From contig CANMWZ010000003.1 of assembly GCA_947501605.1 (NCBI GenBank), positions 1 to 64,000 of the forward strand: a DNA stretch of 64,000 nt, in the 5' to 3' direction. The notes beneath the pieces were generated by a model. That model made no database searches. It was given only the letters and a program-made list of their open reading frames with translations, and had not been told where the DNA came from. Source of the stretch: Planctomycetota bacterium (GTDB lineage: Bacteria; Planctomycetota; UBA1135; UBA2386). The translations under genes were made by a program, and so were the position numbers. This document shows positions 53,005 through 62,856 of this stretch, in pieces. Each line of letters begins with the position of its first letter. The stretch's first letter is position 1.

Positions 53005-54072
53005 TCATGGCCGTGGCCCCCGCCATGCGGAGCCTTGGTCGGGCAACCATGCCATCGCCAGCACCAAGGTGAAGTCGGGCGCAATGTAGGGCGACAGGTC
53101 TTCGCCAAAGACCACCTCGACGAAGAGCTGGCGGTCGACCCGCATGCGGGCGCCGAGCCACAGCCACACCTGGTCGCGGTTCGCTCGGTCGAGATCGAGA
53201 TTGCGCAGCACGGACGTCTCCCAGGACAGTTGCGCCACGCTACTGAAGTCACTGAGCAGCGGAACTTCGAGCCCGAGGCTCGCGGCACTCACATCCCCAA
53301 ACGCGAAGCTGCGCGAGCGCGCGAGGTCGGGAGTCCCGGCCCACGTGTACTGGCCGTCCGCGAACAACGTGCCGAACGCCAGCGGCCAACTGGCGCACAG
53401 GCCAGCTGCGTAGTCGAACTGGCCATTGCCAGCGCCGCCGCTCTCGTCGCCAGTTGGCAATTCGAAACCGGTGCGCAACGCCAATCCCGGCAGTCCCGCG
53501 CCGCTGGCGCTGCGACCTGGCGGCACGAGGCACCAGGTAGCCGACACGGGCACGTCCGCAAGCATGAGCGTCTCTTCGCGCAGCTCCCACACGGTCTGCC
53601 CGTTTTGCTCGGCGAAAACTTCGAATTGATTCTGCGGCGCGACGCTGCGGCCCTGGTCCGGGAAGCCGAAGAAGTCGTGGTAGTCGATGAGAAAGCCATC
53701 GAGAAAACCACCGCTGGTGTGCACCACCGGGAGCTCCACGGTCAGCTCGATGCCAGCGCCGATTCCCGTTCGTCCTTGGATGCTGGTGCGCATCAGTTCG
53801 CCGTCCATCGCGAATGCCTCGGTGGCGTTGCTGTCGCCGAGAAACAGACTCGAGTAGGCCGTGCTCGCCCGAACCGCCGTGTCGCCGCTTGGCAGCACCG
53901 AAGGCGAGGCCGGATCCAGCCGCATCACGGTCAACTGGGCGGGGTGCTGGTTGCGCACCGCCAGCGGTCCATGGCTGGGCGCCGGGCCAGCGCTGCATGC
54001 CGAGGCCGACACCGCGACTGCAGTCCACCAGCCGACGGCACCTCGTTCTGTGCACTTGCGCGTTACGTGCAT
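53005..54072 (-). CDS. DUF3187-family putative outer-membrane beta-barrel protein
   Basis: GPLAVRNQHP, DGELMR, SGGFLDGFLIDYHDFFGFP, LPTGD, EDL...APDFT. Confidence 0.75.
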   Translation of the reverse strand: MHVTRKCTERGAVGWWTAVAVSASACSAGPAPSHGPLAVRNQHPAQLTVMRLDPASPSVLPSGDTAVRASTAYSSLFLGDSNATEAFAMDGELMRTSIQGRTGIGAGIELTVELPVVHTSGGFLDGFLIDYHDFFGFPDQGRSVAPQNQFEVFAEQNGQTVWELREETLMLADVPVSATWCLVPPGRSASGAGLPGLALRTGFELPTGDESGGAGNGQFDYAAGLCASWPLAFGTLFADGQYTWAGTPDLARSRSFAFGDVSAASLGLEVPLLSDFSSVAQLSWETSVLRNLDLDRANRDQVWLWLGARMRVDRQLFVEVVFGEDLSPYIAPDFTLVLAMAWLPDQGSAWRGPRP

Positions 54073-54208
54073 CGGGACAGAACGTAGTGAGCCTGCGCGC
54101 CGAAGTCGCGCGTGTTCCGTGCACCGTAGACGACTTCAGGCGGCCCTGTCCGTGCCGCCTTCGATTGTTAGACTCTGCCCCCCGCGCCACGCGCGCGCTG
54201 CCGACCGC

Positions 54209-55435
54209 ATGCACCGATTCCAACCCCAAACGCTCCTGTTCCCGTTCCTGTTGCTGGTTGCCTGCGCTGATGGCGGCAAGACCGAAGTGCCACAGAGCGA
54301 AGTCCAGATCGCCGCCAACCATCACGTGATGTGGTTTCGCAGCCTGCCTGGCTTCGGTAGTTCTGCTACCCGCCCACTGGCCGTCAACTCCGGACACGCG
54401 ACACTCGCGATGGCTGCCGACAGCACCTACACGCTGGTGTTCGCTGGCGGCGGCACCTCGTCGAAGGAGCGCTACGCGATCGCCAACACCGCCAAGCTGT
54501 CGATCTACCAGACCGGTTCGGGCCGGAATCCATCGACGGTCTTCCAAGGCGGCTACCAACTGGTTGGTGCGCGGCCAGACCTGTTCTTCACCGATCGCGT
54601 CTCGGCCGGTGATTCGACCTCGATCGGGCTCTACTTCGGCGCCCGCACGGTACTGGGCCAGGACGAACTCGAAGGCGCTTGGCACCTGTTCTCGATGCAC
54701 GTGATGATGCAGAACGCGACGCTGCAAACACCGCGCACCGTCGCGCGCGCGGCATTTGGTGAAGTGTCCGTTGCCGCCGGCGCGCCCGGAACAGCTCGCG
54801 CGATCAGCGGCACTGGCTTTGAGTCCGGGGCCGACCCGAGCACGGTTCCGGTCACTCTGAGCGGCCAAGTTACGAACCTGCTCGATGGCAGCCAGCAGGG
54901 CAACGGCATCTGCAACCTCACGGTCGGCTACACCAACACCGGTTCGGCGACGGATAGCCGGGTGTTCTGGGCTGCGGCCGGCAGCGACCTGCTATTCGCT
55001 GTCGACGAGGACGAAACCGACACCGCGTCGGGCCTTCTCGCGATGGTGCGCAAGTTCGCCGCGCCCGCAACCCCGGCCGATCCAGCGCGGATTGCCGGCA
55101 CGTTCTACGTCGGCGGCTACACCACCTTCGTGAACCCCACCAACGCCGGCTCCGACTCCTTCGTCGGCGAACTTCTGCTCACTCCACAGGGCGCCGTTCG
55201 CCTCGACGGACTGGATCACCGCGGCGTCGATTTCGCCTACACCGGGACCTGGACCTCGACGGCCGAAGGCGGCTTGACGCTGCAGATCAGTGGCAATGGC
55301 GGCGAGACGTGGCGCGGCGCCGTGGCGCGTAGCTATGACACGTTGGTGTTCGTGGACCCGGTTGTCGAAGTGCGCACGAACAACACGCCCGAGCTCAACT
55401 TCGTGCACGCGGTGCGCAAGCGCTCGAACCCGTAG
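54209..55435 (+). CDS. Beta-rich hypothetical lipoprotein
   Basis: Lipobox LVAC after a hydrophobic stretch; Thr/Gly-rich beta-strand pattern. Confidence 0.7.
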   Translation: MHRFQPQTLLFPFLLLVACADGGKTEVPQSEVQIAANHHVMWFRSLPGFGSSATRPLAVNSGHATLAMAADSTYTLVFAGGGTSSKERYAIANTAKLSIYQTGSGRNPSTVFQGGYQLVGARPDLFFTDRVSAGDSTSIGLYFGARTVLGQDELEGAWHLFSMHVMMQNATLQTPRTVARAAFGEVSVAAGAPGTARAISGTGFESGADPSTVPVTLSGQVTNLLDGSQQGNGICNLTVGYTNTGSATDSRVFWAAAGSDLLFAVDEDETDTASGLLAMVRKFAAPATPADPARIAGTFYVGGYTTFVNPTNAGSDSFVGELLLTPQGAVRLDGLDHRGVDFAYTGTWTSTAEGGLTLQISGNGGETWRGAVARSYDTLVFVDPVVEVRTNNTPELNFVHAVRKRSNP

Positions 55436-55482
55436 CGATCGCGGTGCTGGAGTTGGCAGCGGCGGTCTTTCATGATGGTCGC

Positions 55483-56382
55483 GTGAGCACCCCGGTTCTG
55501 ACCATCGACCTTCCCTTCTGCAAGCGCTTGGGCAGCGGCAAGGTCCGCGAATTGTTCGAACTCAACGGCGACTTGCTCTTGGTCGCCACCGACCGCGTCT
55601 CCGCCTACGACGTGGTGATGCGCGAGGGCATCCCTGGCAAGGGCGCCGTCCTCACTGCGACCTCCACGTTCTGGCTCCGCCGCCTCGCCAGCGTCTGCGC
55701 GAACCATCTGCTGTCGACCGACGTCGACACCTGGGCTGACGTGCCGGAGCAATGGAAGCCGCTGCTGCGCGGACGCAGCATGCGCTGCAAGAAGGCAACG
55801 CCACTGCCCGTCGAATGGGTCGTGCGCGGGTTCCTAACCGGCTCGGGCTTTCAGGACTACCAGCGCGATGGCGCGGTCTCAGGCGTGAAGCTGTCGCCGG
55901 GCTTGCTACACGCGAGCGAACTGGATCCGCCGATCCTAACGCCTTCGACCAAGGCCGAGTCGGGGCACGATGAACCGATCTCGTTCGATCGAGTCGTGTC
56001 GCTGGTAGGCCGCAGCGTCGCTGAGCGCGCGCGCGACGCCGCGCTATCGCTGTATCGCACAGCCCGCACCTATGCCCGCGAGCGCGGCATCGTCATCGCC
56101 GACACCAAGTTCGAATTCGGGATGCTCGGCGAACAGGTGATTCTCATCGACGAATGCCTGACGCCCGACAGCAGTCGATTCTGGCCGGCCGATGAAGTTC
56201 GACCCGGCAGCAACCCGACTTCGTTCGACAAACAGTACCTCCGCGACTGGCTAACCTCGACCGGCTGGAACAAGCAACCGCCACCACCGACCCTGCCAAC
56301 GGATGTGATCGCGAAAACGGCCGCCACCTATCGCGACCTTCAACAGCGCCTCTGCGGCACCTTGAGCGAACCGACTCGATGA
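55483..56382 (+). CDS. purC: SAICAR synthase
   Basis: SGKVRE, TDRVSAYD, TPSTKA, IADTKFEFG, DECLTPDSSRFW, DKQYLRDWL. Confidence 0.97.
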   Translation: MSTPVLTIDLPFCKRLGSGKVRELFELNGDLLLVATDRVSAYDVVMREGIPGKGAVLTATSTFWLRRLASVCANHLLSTDVDTWADVPEQWKPLLRGRSMRCKKATPLPVEWVVRGFLTGSGFQDYQRDGAVSGVKLSPGLLHASELDPPILTPSTKAESGHDEPISFDRVVSLVGRSVAERARDAALSLYRTARTYARERGIVIADTKFEFGMLGEQVILIDECLTPDSSRFWPADEVRPGSNPTSFDKQYLRDWLTSTGWNKQPPPPTLPTDVIAKTAATYRDLQQRLCGTLSEPTR

Positions 56383-57467
56383 CCTCAACCCCGGAAACGA
56401 CCGAGACAACGCACGCGCCAACGCGACCCGCTCCGTTGCCACCGCCAGTGCTCTGGGTTGGCGACGACCAGGGCGAGCTGCACCTCCTGGACCAGACCCG
56501 TCTGCCTCAGGAGCGCTTGGTGCTGGAGCTTCGCACAGCGGACGGTGTTGCCGACGCCATCGCCCGACTCTGTGTTCGTGGCGCACCCGCGATCGGCGTC
56601 GCCGCGGCGTACGGGCTCTACCTCGGTGTCCGCGAGCAGTGCCCCGATCGCAGCATGCTTGTGGACACGGCGCGCCATGTCGCAGCACGCTTGCTGGCGA
56701 CCCGCCCCACCGCCGTGAACCTGCGCTGGGCCCTTGATCGTGCCCTTGCCCGTGTGCGTGTCGACCTGACGCAGGCCTCGCTACTGTCAGAGGCGCGCGC
56801 CATCGAGCACGACAACGCGGAGAGCTGTCTGCGGATTGCGACGAACGGCGCCAACCTGATCCACGACGGCGACACGATCCTGACTCACTGCAACGCGGGC
56901 AGGCTCGCGACTGCAGGAGAAGGTTCGGCACTGGCCATTCTGTTCGAAGCCCATCGACGAGGTCGCCGCTTCCGCGTGTTTGCCGACGAGACCCGACCAC
57001 TGCTGCAGGGCGCACGACTGACCGCTCTCGAACTCGCGGCCGAAGGCATCCCCGTCGCCGTGATCCCGGATGCAGCAGCAGCGGCGTTGATCTCCCGTGG
57101 CGAAGTGCAGAGCATCGTCGTCGGCGCGGATCGCATCGCCGGGAACGGCGATTTCGCCAACAAGATCGGCACCTACGGCATCGCGCTCGCTGCGCACGCG
57201 CACAGCATCCCGTTCTACGTCGCGGCCCCGCTGTCGACCTTTGACCCGGCGCTCTCGAACGGTAGCCACATCCCGATTGAGGAACGCCCTGCCGCCGAGG
57301 TCCTGACCTTGCACGGAACTGCCCTTACCGCGGAGGGAATCCTGGCGCGCAATCCGGCATTCGACGTCACGCCCGGCCATCTCGTGACCGGCTTCGTGAC
57401 CGATCAGGGACTGCTTCTGCCACCGTTCGCAGCGTCGATCAAGGCCGCGCTCGCCGCCGGTCGATGA
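56379..57467 (+). CDS. mtnA: S-methyl-5-thioribose-1-phosphate isomerase
   Basis: LDQTRLP, VRGAPAIG, TRPTAVNL, THCNAG, ETRPLLQGARLT, NKIGTY, NPAFDVTP. Confidence 0.95.
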   Translation: MTSTPETTETTHAPTRPAPLPPPVLWVGDDQGELHLLDQTRLPQERLVLELRTADGVADAIARLCVRGAPAIGVAAAYGLYLGVREQCPDRSMLVDTARHVAARLLATRPTAVNLRWALDRALARVRVDLTQASLLSEARAIEHDNAESCLRIATNGANLIHDGDTILTHCNAGRLATAGEGSALAILFEAHRRGRRFRVFADETRPLLQGARLTALELAAEGIPVAVIPDAAAAALISRGEVQSIVVGADRIAGNGDFANKIGTYGIALAAHAHSIPFYVAAPLSTFDPALSNGSHIPIEERPAAEVLTLHGTALTAEGILARNPAFDVTPGHLVTGFVTDQGLLLPPFAASIKAALAAGR

Positions 57468-57474
57468 GCGACGC

Positions 57475-57768
57475 ATGGCCATCGCCAAGAAGATTCGGAG
57501 CAAGTCAGACAAGTCGGGGATCAAGTCGAAGGCACCGGCCAAGACGAGCTCGGACAGCGAAACGCCGGCCGCAGCATTCCTCGATAGCGACGTCGATGGC
57601 CACGGCGAAGAACCTGGGCGCAGCAGTTCGATGGGCCTCGATGTCGACCACGAGGTGCTGGCATTCATCGCAGCGCTCGATCGCTTCAAGAAGACGCACA
57701 ACCGAGCCTTTCCGAACTGGAGCGAAGTGCTCTTCGTGCTGAAGGAACTCGGCTACCGCAAGAAGTGA
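57475..57768 (+). CDS. Small conserved hypothetical protein
   Basis: C-terminal FIAALDRFKKTHNRAFPNWSEVLFVLKELGYRK motif recalled from planctomycete proteins. Confidence 0.7.
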   Translation: MAIAKKIRSKSDKSGIKSKAPAKTSSDSETPAAAFLDSDVDGHGEEPGRSSSMGLDVDHEVLAFIAALDRFKKTHNRAFPNWSEVLFVLKELGYRKK

Positions 57769-57790
57769 GACTCGCGGCCGTAGGCGCTGC

Positions 57791-58633
57791 CTAGATCCAG
57801 CTCCACCAGCAGCCGACGATCAGCAGGCAGCCCGCCATCAGGCGATAGATGGCAAAGGGCACGAACGTGTGCCCCCTCAAGAACGCGACAAACTGCTTCA
57901 CGACGGCGAGCGCGCTGACGAATGCCACGAGGGTGCCGATCACCATCGGGTAGAGCAGAGGTCCGCTGACCTGGTCCCAGTTCTTCAGCAACTTGACGGC
58001 GCACGCGCCGTAGAGGATCGGCAATCCGATCAGAAACGAGAACTCCGCCGCAGCCGTCCTCGACATCCCCAGGATCAAGGCTCCAGCGATCGTGGCCCCC
58101 GATCGACTCGTGCCCGGCAACAGCGCGAGGCACTGAAAGCAGCCGATCCAGAACGCCATTCGATACGACATCGCTCTGCCATCGCCATGCAGCGCTGGCC
58201 GACGACGAAGCACGCGTTCGAGCCAGAGCAGCAACACGCCCCCCAACGTCATGGTGACAGCAACGAACTCGGCGGAGAAGAGTCGCGACTCGATCCAGTC
58301 ATCGAACAGCAGACCAAGAACGGCCGCGGGCATGGCCGCGACCACGATCTGCAGCAGCAGATTGGATTCGCGGGGCGCGGCAGCCGTGGTGACTGGACTC
58401 ACGATCGCGAGCACGGCCTGCCACAAGCGCTCCCAGTAGAGCACGAGGATTGCGGTGATTGCTCCGAGTTGGATACCGATCGTCAGGGGCGACTCAGCCA
58501 ACCCGAGCAACCGATTGGCAACAATCAGGTGGCCGGTGCTCGACACCGGGAGGAACTCGGTGAGCCCCTCCACCAGGCCAAGCCACGCCGCATCGAGAAG
58601 CGTAAGACTCGGACCCGGCTCCTGCGGGATCAC
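57791..58633 (-). CDS. uppP: Undecaprenyl-diphosphate phosphatase
   Basis: GLVEGLTEFLPVSSTGHL, PGTSRSGATI, AAEFSF; GTGA overlap with ald. Confidence 0.95.
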   Translation of the reverse strand: MIPQEPGPSLTLLDAAWLGLVEGLTEFLPVSSTGHLIVANRLLGLAESPLTIGIQLGAITAILVLYWERLWQAVLAIVSPVTTAAAPRESNLLLQIVVAAMPAAVLGLLFDDWIESRLFSAEFVAVTMTLGGVLLLWLERVLRRRPALHGDGRAMSYRMAFWIGCFQCLALLPGTSRSGATIAGALILGMSRTAAAEFSFLIGLPILYGACAVKLLKNWDQVSGPLLYPMVIGTLVAFVSALAVVKQFVAFLRGHTFVPFAIYRLMAGCLLIVGCWWSWI

Positions 58634-59736
58634 AGCACCTTGTCCGGGGACGTCCACTTCATACCGAAGGCGTCGGCAACGCCTTGGTGCGTGCATACAC
58701 CACTGAGCACGTTGGCTGCGGTGCCCAAGATCGGGTCCTTGGCGGCTTTGGCAGCGCCCATCGCGGCGATCTTCTTGGCCCACGGCATCGTGGCGTTGGT
58801 GAGGCCGAATGTGGACGTGCGCGGCACGGCGCCTGGCATGTTGGCAACGCAGTAGTGGACGACCCGATCGACGACGAACGTCGGGTCCGCATGGGTCGTT
58901 GGCTTGCAGGTCTCGATGCACCCACCCTGATCCACAGCGACATCGACGATGACGGCGCCCTCCTTCATCGTCTTCAGGTCTTCGCGCCGAACGAGGCGCG
59001 GCGCACGCGCGCCCTGCACCAGCACGGCGCCGACGATCAGGTCTGCGTGCAGCAGCTGTTCGCGAATCGCGATCGGTGAGCTGTGCAGCATCGACACATT
59101 CGCCGGCATTACGTCACTGAGGTAGCGCAGCCGATCGAGATCGAGGTCCATGATCAGGACTCGCGCACCGAGGCCCGCAGCCATCTTCGCCGCATTCGTA
59201 CCGACAACGCCGCCGCCGAGGATCAGAACTGTTGCGGGTTCCGTACCAGGAATGCCACCGAGCAGGATGCCGCGACCACCCATGTGTTTCTCGAGACAGA
59301 CGGCACCGACCTGCACCGCCATACGGCCGGCCACTTCGCTCATCGGCGTCAGCAGTGGCAGAGTGCGGCCGACCTGAAGGGTCTCGTAGGCGAAGCAGTT
59401 CGCCCCAGAGGCGAGCATCGCGTCGGTGAGTTCGCGGTTCGCCGCGAAGTGGAAGTACGTGAACAGCAGGTGGCCCTTGCGGATCATCGCGTACTCCGAG
59501 GGCAGCGGCTCCTTGACCTTCACGATCATCTCGGCCTTGCCGTAGATCGCGGTCGCCGTCGCTTCCATCTTGGCGCCAACTCGCTCGAAGTCCTCGTCGG
59601 TGATCCCGGCGCCAAGACCCGCACCCCTCTCGACGAGCACCTGGTTGCCGGCGGCGACGAGCTCCATCACCATCGCAGGAACCGCGCCGACCCGGCTCTC
59701 TTGCGCTTTGATCTCTTTAGGAACACCGATGATCAT
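58630..59736 (-). CDS. ald: Alanine dehydrogenase
   Basis: MIIGVPKEIK, KVKEP, PMSEVAGR, GGGVVG, DVAVDQGG, HYCVANMPGAV. Confidence 0.97.
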   Translation of the reverse strand: MIIGVPKEIKAQESRVGAVPAMVMELVAAGNQVLVERGAGLGAGITDEDFERVGAKMEATATAIYGKAEMIVKVKEPLPSEYAMIRKGHLLFTYFHFAANRELTDAMLASGANCFAYETLQVGRTLPLLTPMSEVAGRMAVQVGAVCLEKHMGGRGILLGGIPGTEPATVLILGGGVVGTNAAKMAAGLGARVLIMDLDLDRLRYLSDVMPANVSMLHSSPIAIREQLLHADLIVGAVLVQGARAPRLVRREDLKTMKEGAVIVDVAVDQGGCIETCKPTTHADPTFVVDRVVHYCVANMPGAVPRTSTFGLTNATMPWAKKIAAMGAAKAAKDPILGTAANVLSGVCTHQGVADAFGMKWTSPDKVL

Positions 59737-60050
59737 GAATGCCTCCGTCGCGTCGCGTTCAAGTTTATGAGGGCAAGGACTATAGAAGTGGTTCCCGAAA
59801 GCGCCAGCGGTTGGGACTGGGACGACGGTCGATGACGTTCTTGCGGGCTCACGGCGCAAGCCACAGCTCCCGCTACGAATCCGGTTCCTGCCCTCGGCCG
59901 CCGTTGCTCAGCCTCGCGGACAGGCCATCAAGAAAACAACCCTGACAAGCTCGCGGCCCTTGACTGCGGGTGTTCTCCCGAGCTGGAGCGTGACTGCCAA
60001 CATCGCTCGCAACGTCGTTAGAGAACGGGGCTCTGTCGGCCCACCAGCGG

Positions 60051-61064
60051 TCAGCGCACCGCGACCAAGCGCTGCAAGGTTGCGCGAAGGTGCTCGCGTT
60101 CGCCCGCCACGAGGCCGGGCAACAAGGCGCAGTCGACCGCCAGCCCGCTCGGGTGGTCGCGGACGACCGGGGCGGGGCGCTGCAGGACACGTGGGTCGTG
60201 GCGGAGATACGCGTCGATGGTTGCGCGGGCGAGCAACGGGTCCTTGGCTTCTAGCTGAAACGACCACCGCAGAGGTTCACGTGCAGGGCTGCTCGTGACC
60301 AGCGGATCCTCGGCCGCAACCGCCGGTTGTTCTGGCGCTGACGCAAAGTCGAGTTCGGCCGCCAGTCCGTCGGTTGGATCGAGCACGAAAACTTCCTGCA
60401 ACGGACCGAGTACATCCGCGGCATCTCGCAAACCGAGGGCAGAATCGTGAGCCTTGGCCTGGTGCGCTTTGTGCGGCCCGATGGCCTCGGTCAAGACGCC
60501 CGCCGCTGACCACGCTCCACAATCGCGATCCGACTCCCCCTCGACATCGCTCTTGGATCGTCCAACGACGGGCGCTTCGCCGCGCCGCCGGCGCCACGCC
60601 AACCAAACACCCGCAACAGTGCCAGCGACGACCACACACCACATCCAGAACTGTTGACGCCCGGCGATCTCGGCGGAAACAGCGGCGGTTCGCTCAGCGG
60701 CGCGGACGCGGGCAGCATCCGCGTCCACACGGGATGGTCTGTCCGAAGGCGACGGCGCAGTTGCTGCGGGCACTCCAGTTACCGTGCTCGCCAGAGCACC
60801 GCTGGTCCCAGGCTGCGCGTCTACAGGGTCGCTCCCCGCACCAGTCTGCACGCGCAACTCCGCGACCAATGCATCGACGCGGTCCGCGAGCTGACCGAGT
60901 GTCGCAGCAACGCGAGCCTCGAGCTGCTCCTGCCTTGACTGCTGCGTGTGCATTTGCGCTTCGAGCTCGGCGAGTCTCGCCGCCTGCGTGTCCACATCCT
61001 GGGAGCACGATCCAGCGAGCAGCGCGGCGCACGCGAGCAGAGCCCCAAAGCACACGGTCTTCAT
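60051..61064 (-). CDS. Hypothetical lipoprotein-like/membrane protein with coiled coil
   Basis: LAGSC lipobox-like site, coiled-coil stretch, internal TM helix followed by RRRR. Confidence 0.55.
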   Translation of the reverse strand: MKTVCFGALLACAALLAGSCSQDVDTQAARLAELEAQMHTQQSRQEQLEARVAATLGQLADRVDALVAELRVQTGAGSDPVDAQPGTSGALASTVTGVPAATAPSPSDRPSRVDADAARVRAAERTAAVSAEIAGRQQFWMWCVVVAGTVAGVWLAWRRRRGEAPVVGRSKSDVEGESDRDCGAWSAAGVLTEAIGPHKAHQAKAHDSALGLRDAADVLGPLQEVFVLDPTDGLAAELDFASAPEQPAVAAEDPLVTSSPAREPLRWSFQLEAKDPLLARATIDAYLRHDPRVLQRPAPVVRDHPSGLAVDCALLPGLVAGEREHLRATLQRLVAVR

Positions 61065-61714
61065 CGGCGGCGCTCTCCTTCACGAGGTCGCACATGCATC
61101 GACATGCGCCCTTGCTCATCGATCCGAAGACGCCGCGGCATCGCGATCAAATGTTCGCGGCAGACACGAAGCTCGTCGTCGCGCAGTGCGATGGGCAGCG
61201 CATCCGGACTCTGCACGGCATCGCTGTCGTTGCGCACCGTCAGCGGCACCACTCCGCGCGGTTGCTCGTCGGGCAGGGGCAATCTCTGCAAGAAGGCAGA
61301 AGTGCTGCGTTGCACCACCGCGCTTGTCACTTCATCCCACTCGGCAGCAAGGGCCGCAGGCATGAGCTCCGCGACCACCAACTCGGGACGACCCTCCGCC
61401 CGCCACACGACGGTCGGAACCAACGGAACCTGGACGTAGCCGTGCGTGCGGCTGTGCGGCACCAACACCATGGTGTCCTGGAGACCAACCCGCAGTGGCC
61501 ACCGCGGCAAGCGGCACTGCAGCCACAGTTCCCCATGGCGAGCCAGCGCCAGTGACCATGTACGCGCCTTGCTCCCGTCGAGGCACAACAGCGTGTAGCC
61601 GCCTCGAACGGGTTCCAGGATCAACTCGAGTCGCCCCAACTGGAAGCGCCTGCTGCCGCCTCGATCCGGGCGCGGTAGCTGTGCCTGTTGCAGGTGCGAT
61701 AACGTGAGGTCCAT
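61061..61714 (-). CDS. Hypothetical protein (weak DUF432-like resemblance)
   Basis: ATGA overlap with the downstream gene; LPRWPLRV...LVP...GYVQVPL. Confidence 0.5.
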   Translation of the reverse strand: MDLTLSHLQQAQLPRPDRGGSRRFQLGRLELILEPVRGGYTLLCLDGSKARTWSLALARHGELWLQCRLPRWPLRVGLQDTMVLVPHSRTHGYVQVPLVPTVVWRAEGRPELVVAELMPAALAAEWDEVTSAVVQRSTSAFLQRLPLPDEQPRGVVPLTVRNDSDAVQSPDALPIALRDDELRVCREHLIAMPRRLRIDEQGRMSMHVRPREGERRR

Positions 61715-61921
61715 CCGAGGTGCGGCGCGAACCGCACCAGAGGTGCGATTGTGAGGAGCGTGGATCCTAGAAGTGCGCACGCAGTGTGAACAGTCGCCCT
61801 CGACTTGCATTCCACAACGGCTACCGATGCGGTGCAACGGCACGGGGTGTGGACGAGATACTCGGCCGACAGTTTTCGCTTGCTTCTCCCTCCAACCTAG
61901 TCATGATCCCCGCCCCTGGTT

Positions 61922-61998
61922 GGGCGTTTAGCTCAGTTGGCTAGAGCATCAGCTCGACAAGCTGAGGGTCACAGGTTCGACTCCTGTAACGCCCACCA
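61922..61998 (+). tRNA. tRNA-Val(GAC)
   Basis: Acceptor GGGCGTT/AACGCCC-A-CCA, D-arm GCTC/GAGC, anticodon arm TCAGC-TCGACAA-GCTGA, T-arm ACAGG-TTCGACT-CCTGT. Confidence 0.95.
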
Positions 61999-62194
61999 TC
62001 TTCTCTTCCGGGTGCCTGCTCCGTGTTTGTCGCCACGCTGAAGTGGCACGGCGCATGAGGGGCGGCTGGTTGAAGGCGTTGCGCTACTAGCCAGGCGCAA
62101 CGCCGCCGCGGGTTCCGGGAAAGCTACGGGGACTGCTACCAGCTGCCGCGGTGGCCTTGAGTCCGCGACCCGATGGTAGCCGTGCGCTGCACTT

Positions 62195-62225
62195 CGCTCT
62201 CGATTGGTCGCTCTCGATTGGTCGC
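62195..62225. repeat. 14-bp perfect tandem duplication (CGCTCTCGATTGGT x2)
   Basis: Read directly in the intergenic DNA after tRNA-Val. Confidence 0.8.
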
Positions 62226-62856
62226 CGCGCCCGCTGGACGACCGCAAGAGCGCCCCGGGCACTGCGCGGGTGCCCCAGAACGTGGCGCACCATCCGAACG
62301 GTTGTCCGCGGCATCCACCCACCAGTGCGGCGAGAGCGGCAAGAGTGACCTCACGGGAAAGACGACTACCGGGGTCTTCCGTGGTGCCACTGCCGCTGCC
62401 AAGGATGGTCACCGTGAGTGCGTTCTGGTGCGCGCGAAGGTTGGCGTATGCAACCACACAGCCCGCGCCCATCTGTCGCACCAAACCACACGCCACATCG
62501 AGGACAAGAATACAGGCATGCTGCAGGATGCAAACCGCGGCGAGGCCGAGCCTCGCGCCGCGCGGGGTGATTCGGCGGAATCGCCCTCGCTTCAGAACTC
62601 GCTCAGGGCGCAGCTTAGGGACGCGAGATTCGCCACCGCACGACGGATATCTGCACAGCGAAACAGCCCGTGCTTCCGACGCTTTGGAGGCTCCTCAAAC
62701 TGCTACCCCCCGATTGCGTAAGTCGACGTCGGGCGGCAACCTTGCGCGAGTTCTTGAACCGCTTCGCATCGCGTGCGTAGCCACGCGCCGTCTCACCACG
62801 ACGGTCAACCCGGATGAACCCGGGAAGATGATGCGAGACCGGTCAAGGGATTCTCC

